The translations under genes were made by a program, and so were the position numbers. A stretch of 64,000 nt of DNA from Dehalococcoidia bacterium (GTDB lineage Bacteria > Chloroflexota > Dehalococcoidia > GIF9 > AB-539-J10). The notes under the pieces are model-generated. The model was given only the letters and a program-made list of their open reading frames with translations. It made no database searches and was not told the DNA's origin. The stretch covers positions 1 to 64,000 of the forward strand of contig JAUWOR010000007.1 of NCBI GenBank assembly GCA_030612025.1. Reading direction: 5' to 3'. How positions within the stretch are numbered: position 1 is the first letter of the stretch; each line of letters starts with the position of its first letter. Positions 61,707 through 64,000 of the stretch are shown here, one piece after another.

Positions 61707-62555
61707 TTATAGTTCGCCCCAGCCGTCAAGAGAAGAACTGGTATTAGTTAGCATATCAGAAACGAAGACTCCGATTAATTGCCCTACAGTTGTGGGTGTA
61801 GCGTGGTTTAGGCCCAGTTTCCATAGCTCTATTATTTTCTTACCGACCTCACTATTGCAGAGCGCTTCGTAGTCAAAAGCGAAGCCGTTCTGAGCTGTAG
61901 TTGAGAGCACTTTTTTGAGGTCACGTGAAATTAGGGGGTCATATGTAACGCACGATACCGATGCCAAGTGGAGAAAATCGAGGGTGGTCAGGGTAAGGTC
62001 CTGATAGAAATATAATCTCCTCTCTAACCACTCTGACGCCCAAACATTTGAGATTTCCTTCGGCATGTTGGGTGGACAACCAACTGGTCGAAGAAACCAC
62101 AGGTTTGCCAATAGACCCAACGCTTTCAGTTGCCTGAGATTTAACATTGGGACTGCGTCACAAGCTAACTTACTGCATAAAGCAAATAAGCTTTCTGGAC
62201 TTTGTGTTAATCTATCCGAGACTAATCTTGCAAGCAGCTCATGCTTTTGCCTATCGCCTGTTTGCGCACTTGAAATCAGAGCTTTTTGCAAAAGGACAGA
62301 GAAATCAGGGTGATTTAGAGAATCGCCTATAATCTTCTTGTATTGTTCTCCTTGCTGCTCCAGTGCTTTTACTCTCTTGGCCAACTGGTCTAGAAAGTCT
62401 AGCGAGTTCTGTTGAGCTTCTTCACTTGCTTTTGGTGCATGGTCTTTAAAATACGTTGAAAGCCACTTCTCACCTAAATCCCATGCTCTACCAACAAACT
62501 TCCCAGCTACTCCGCCAACGGCTGCGCTTATGACAACGACTGATAACGGCTCCAT
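61707..62555 (-). CDS. Hypothetical protein (LPO_1073/Vpar_1526-like)
   Basis: PDFS..LQKA...AQT......LLARLV..R, HL.S.SC, T.VGQLIG pattern. Confidence 0.6.
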   Translation of the reverse strand: MEPLSVVVISAAVGGVAGKFVGRAWDLGEKWLSTYFKDHAPKASEEAQQNSLDFLDQLAKRVKALEQQGEQYKKIIGDSLNHPDFSVLLQKALISSAQTGDRQKHELLARLVSDRLTQSPESLFALCSKLACDAVPMLNLRQLKALGLLANLWFLRPVGCPPNMPKEISNVWASEWLERRLYFYQDLTLTTLDFLHLASVSCVTYDPLISRDLKKVLSTTAQNGFAFDYEALCNSEVGKKIIELWKLGLNHATPTTVGQLIGVFVSDMLTNTSSSLDGWGEL

Positions 62556-62703
62556 ACGTCTCCCTCTTTACAATCAACCAGTCACACTGGCATAACGCCA
62601 ATCGGCCTTTTCACCGCCACCGCCTCTTAAATCAATTATACCCTCAACCAACCAAATAGAAAACCTGAACAAGCTCGACATTTGTTTAACCCAGAGGAAT
62701 GCC

Positions 62704-62775
62704 AAACTGCTGCTCTGCCCCTGAGCTACGCTGGCAACGAAATTGGTATAGCTGATGGCAACGATTTTGACTAGC
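62704..62775 (-). other. Degenerate 5' half of tRNA-Thr with its upstream region (att-like site)
   Basis: aaactgctgctctgcccctgagctacgctggca plus a shared gtatagctgatg upstream box. Confidence 0.75.
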
Positions 62776-62815
62776 ACCCTTGTGCATATGCTGAGGAGTG
62801 AGGAGAGAATATAGC

Positions 62816-63823
62816 TCAGACCTCCAGCTTCTCTGGCTGGAAGGGATGACTATCACGTTCGAAATGCGGCAGGTAGTTTTCTGCTGCGTCCATCTGTTGA
62901 ATCCAGCCATTTTCTAATCCAAGCTTGTCAACCAATTCAAGGACTTCGGAATACTCTGAGGCAGAGATTTTACGACACAGCTCGGCTATCTGGGTGGCCA
63001 GATGTGTGGGATAATATTGAGACATGATACTTACAGTAACGTTGGGCGAAATATCATGCACCAGCCAGGTAAGTGAATCGTAACTGCCTGCCAATCGATT
63101 GGGGAGAATGAGATGACGTATAATTAACCCTCTCTGAGCCAGCCCCCAGCCATCTAATACCAACTCATCCCCGACTTGCCGATGCATCTCCAGAATAGCC
63201 CGGCGAGCTCGCATCACATAATCACTGGTATGAGAGAACTTTGCTGCCCAAGCATCAGAAGCATATCTCAAATCAGGCAGGTAGATATCCACAATCCCGT
63301 CCAGCGCCTGGAGGGATGCCACAGAATCATAGGCATTAGTGTTATAAATTATGGGCACTCTAAGTCCCATAGGCACTGCTTCTAAAACTGCTCGAACTAG
63401 CTGAGGCACAAAATGAGAGGGCGAAATAAAACTGATGTTGTGACATCCTAACTCGTCTTGAAGATATATCATACGTTCAGCCAAAGTATGAAAATCCATC
63501 TCCCTAGAAGCTTGGTATTCTGGATCCTGGCTAATGTGATAGTTCTGACAATAAACGCACCTCATGTTGCAATTACCAAAGAAGATAGCTCCGGTCCCTC
63601 TAGTGCCTGAGATAGCTGGCTCCTCGCCATGATGGTCACAGACCGCAGAGACGATGGGCAAATATCCAGAATGGCAAAACCCTTGCTCATTTTTTAGACG
63701 GTTGACATGGCACTTCCTAGGGCAAATATCACACGATGCCAACTGCATTTCCAGCGCCTCCGCCCGGCGCTCAAGCTCACCGCTATGATATAAGCGAAGA
63801 TATGAAGGTTCCACTCCAGGCAC
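62816..63823 (-). CDS. Radical SAM protein, PflX-like
   Basis: CDICPRKC.VNR, HHGEEP, CNMRCVYCQN, DIYLPD, IRHLILP, MSQYYP. Confidence 0.9.
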   Translation of the reverse strand: MPGVEPSYLRLYHSGELERRAEALEMQLASCDICPRKCHVNRLKNEQGFCHSGYLPIVSAVCDHHGEEPAISGTRGTGAIFFGNCNMRCVYCQNYHISQDPEYQASREMDFHTLAERMIYLQDELGCHNISFISPSHFVPQLVRAVLEAVPMGLRVPIIYNTNAYDSVASLQALDGIVDIYLPDLRYASDAWAAKFSHTSDYVMRARRAILEMHRQVGDELVLDGWGLAQRGLIIRHLILPNRLAGSYDSLTWLVHDISPNVTVSIMSQYYPTHLATQIAELCRKISASEYSEVLELVDKLGLENGWIQQMDAAENYLPHFERDSHPFQPEKLEV

Positions 63824-64000
63824 TCCTATACTTTGGTTTTATCCCTCATTGAGGATTAGCTGCCTCCCAACCCTACTATTAGCAATTCCTACCTCATAAA
63901 TCTTCCAAATCCTGGTAAAAACGAATCATAAGTTGAGTTAACTTATTCCCTTCGTTTAATCTAAAGATTTTAGTTTGCTTTCCCAGAGGCTCTTCCTCCA

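Larger units (their letters stand above)
51078..62736. mobile_element. Genomic island bounded by direct repeats of the tRNA-Thr 5' half; no integrase seen
   Basis: 51078-51110 vs 62704-62736, 31/33 identical by eye; cargo of TA, IS and hypothetical genes. Confidence 0.6.

Noticed and set aside
57850-62661. Classical integron cassette array
   Set aside because: No intI gene and no convincing RYYYAAC...GTTRRRY attC palindromes between genes

Overview
Bacterial chromosomal window. Gene content and order (rpsF-ssb-rpsR-rpmH-rnpA-yidD-PQQ-yidC-jag-ileS, thiL-tsaE-tsaB, trpB2 under a T-box, guaB3, pflX) suggest a Chloroflexota/Dehalococcoidia-like organism (inference, not a database result). Three accessory zones interrupt the housekeeping backbone. 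(i) 1-4.8 kb: PrpF isomerase, an atypical SdhA/TfrA-like flavoprotein, an archaeal-type enolase and an IS481 remnant. (ii) About 23-43.3 kb: a glycine/amino-acid metabolism patchwork (lipA, lipB, lpd, gcvHP1P2T, AgcS, creatininase-like, alr, glyA, CysK-like, ArgE-like, pntAB) with deletion scars and nested palindromic MITE/REP elements. (iii) About 51.1-62.75 kb: an island bounded by a duplicated 5' half of tRNA-Thr(CGT). It carries three toxin-antitoxin modules (MNT-HepT, MazEF inside an IS1595, RelE-HTH plus a third gene), an HTH + GHKL/MORC-like ATPase pair, two ~275-bp fold-back repeats, a phased 10-bp motif array and a repeated scaffold with tiny signal-peptide ORFs. No CRISPR array, rRNA or integrase was seen. 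All calls come from reading sequence motifs only.
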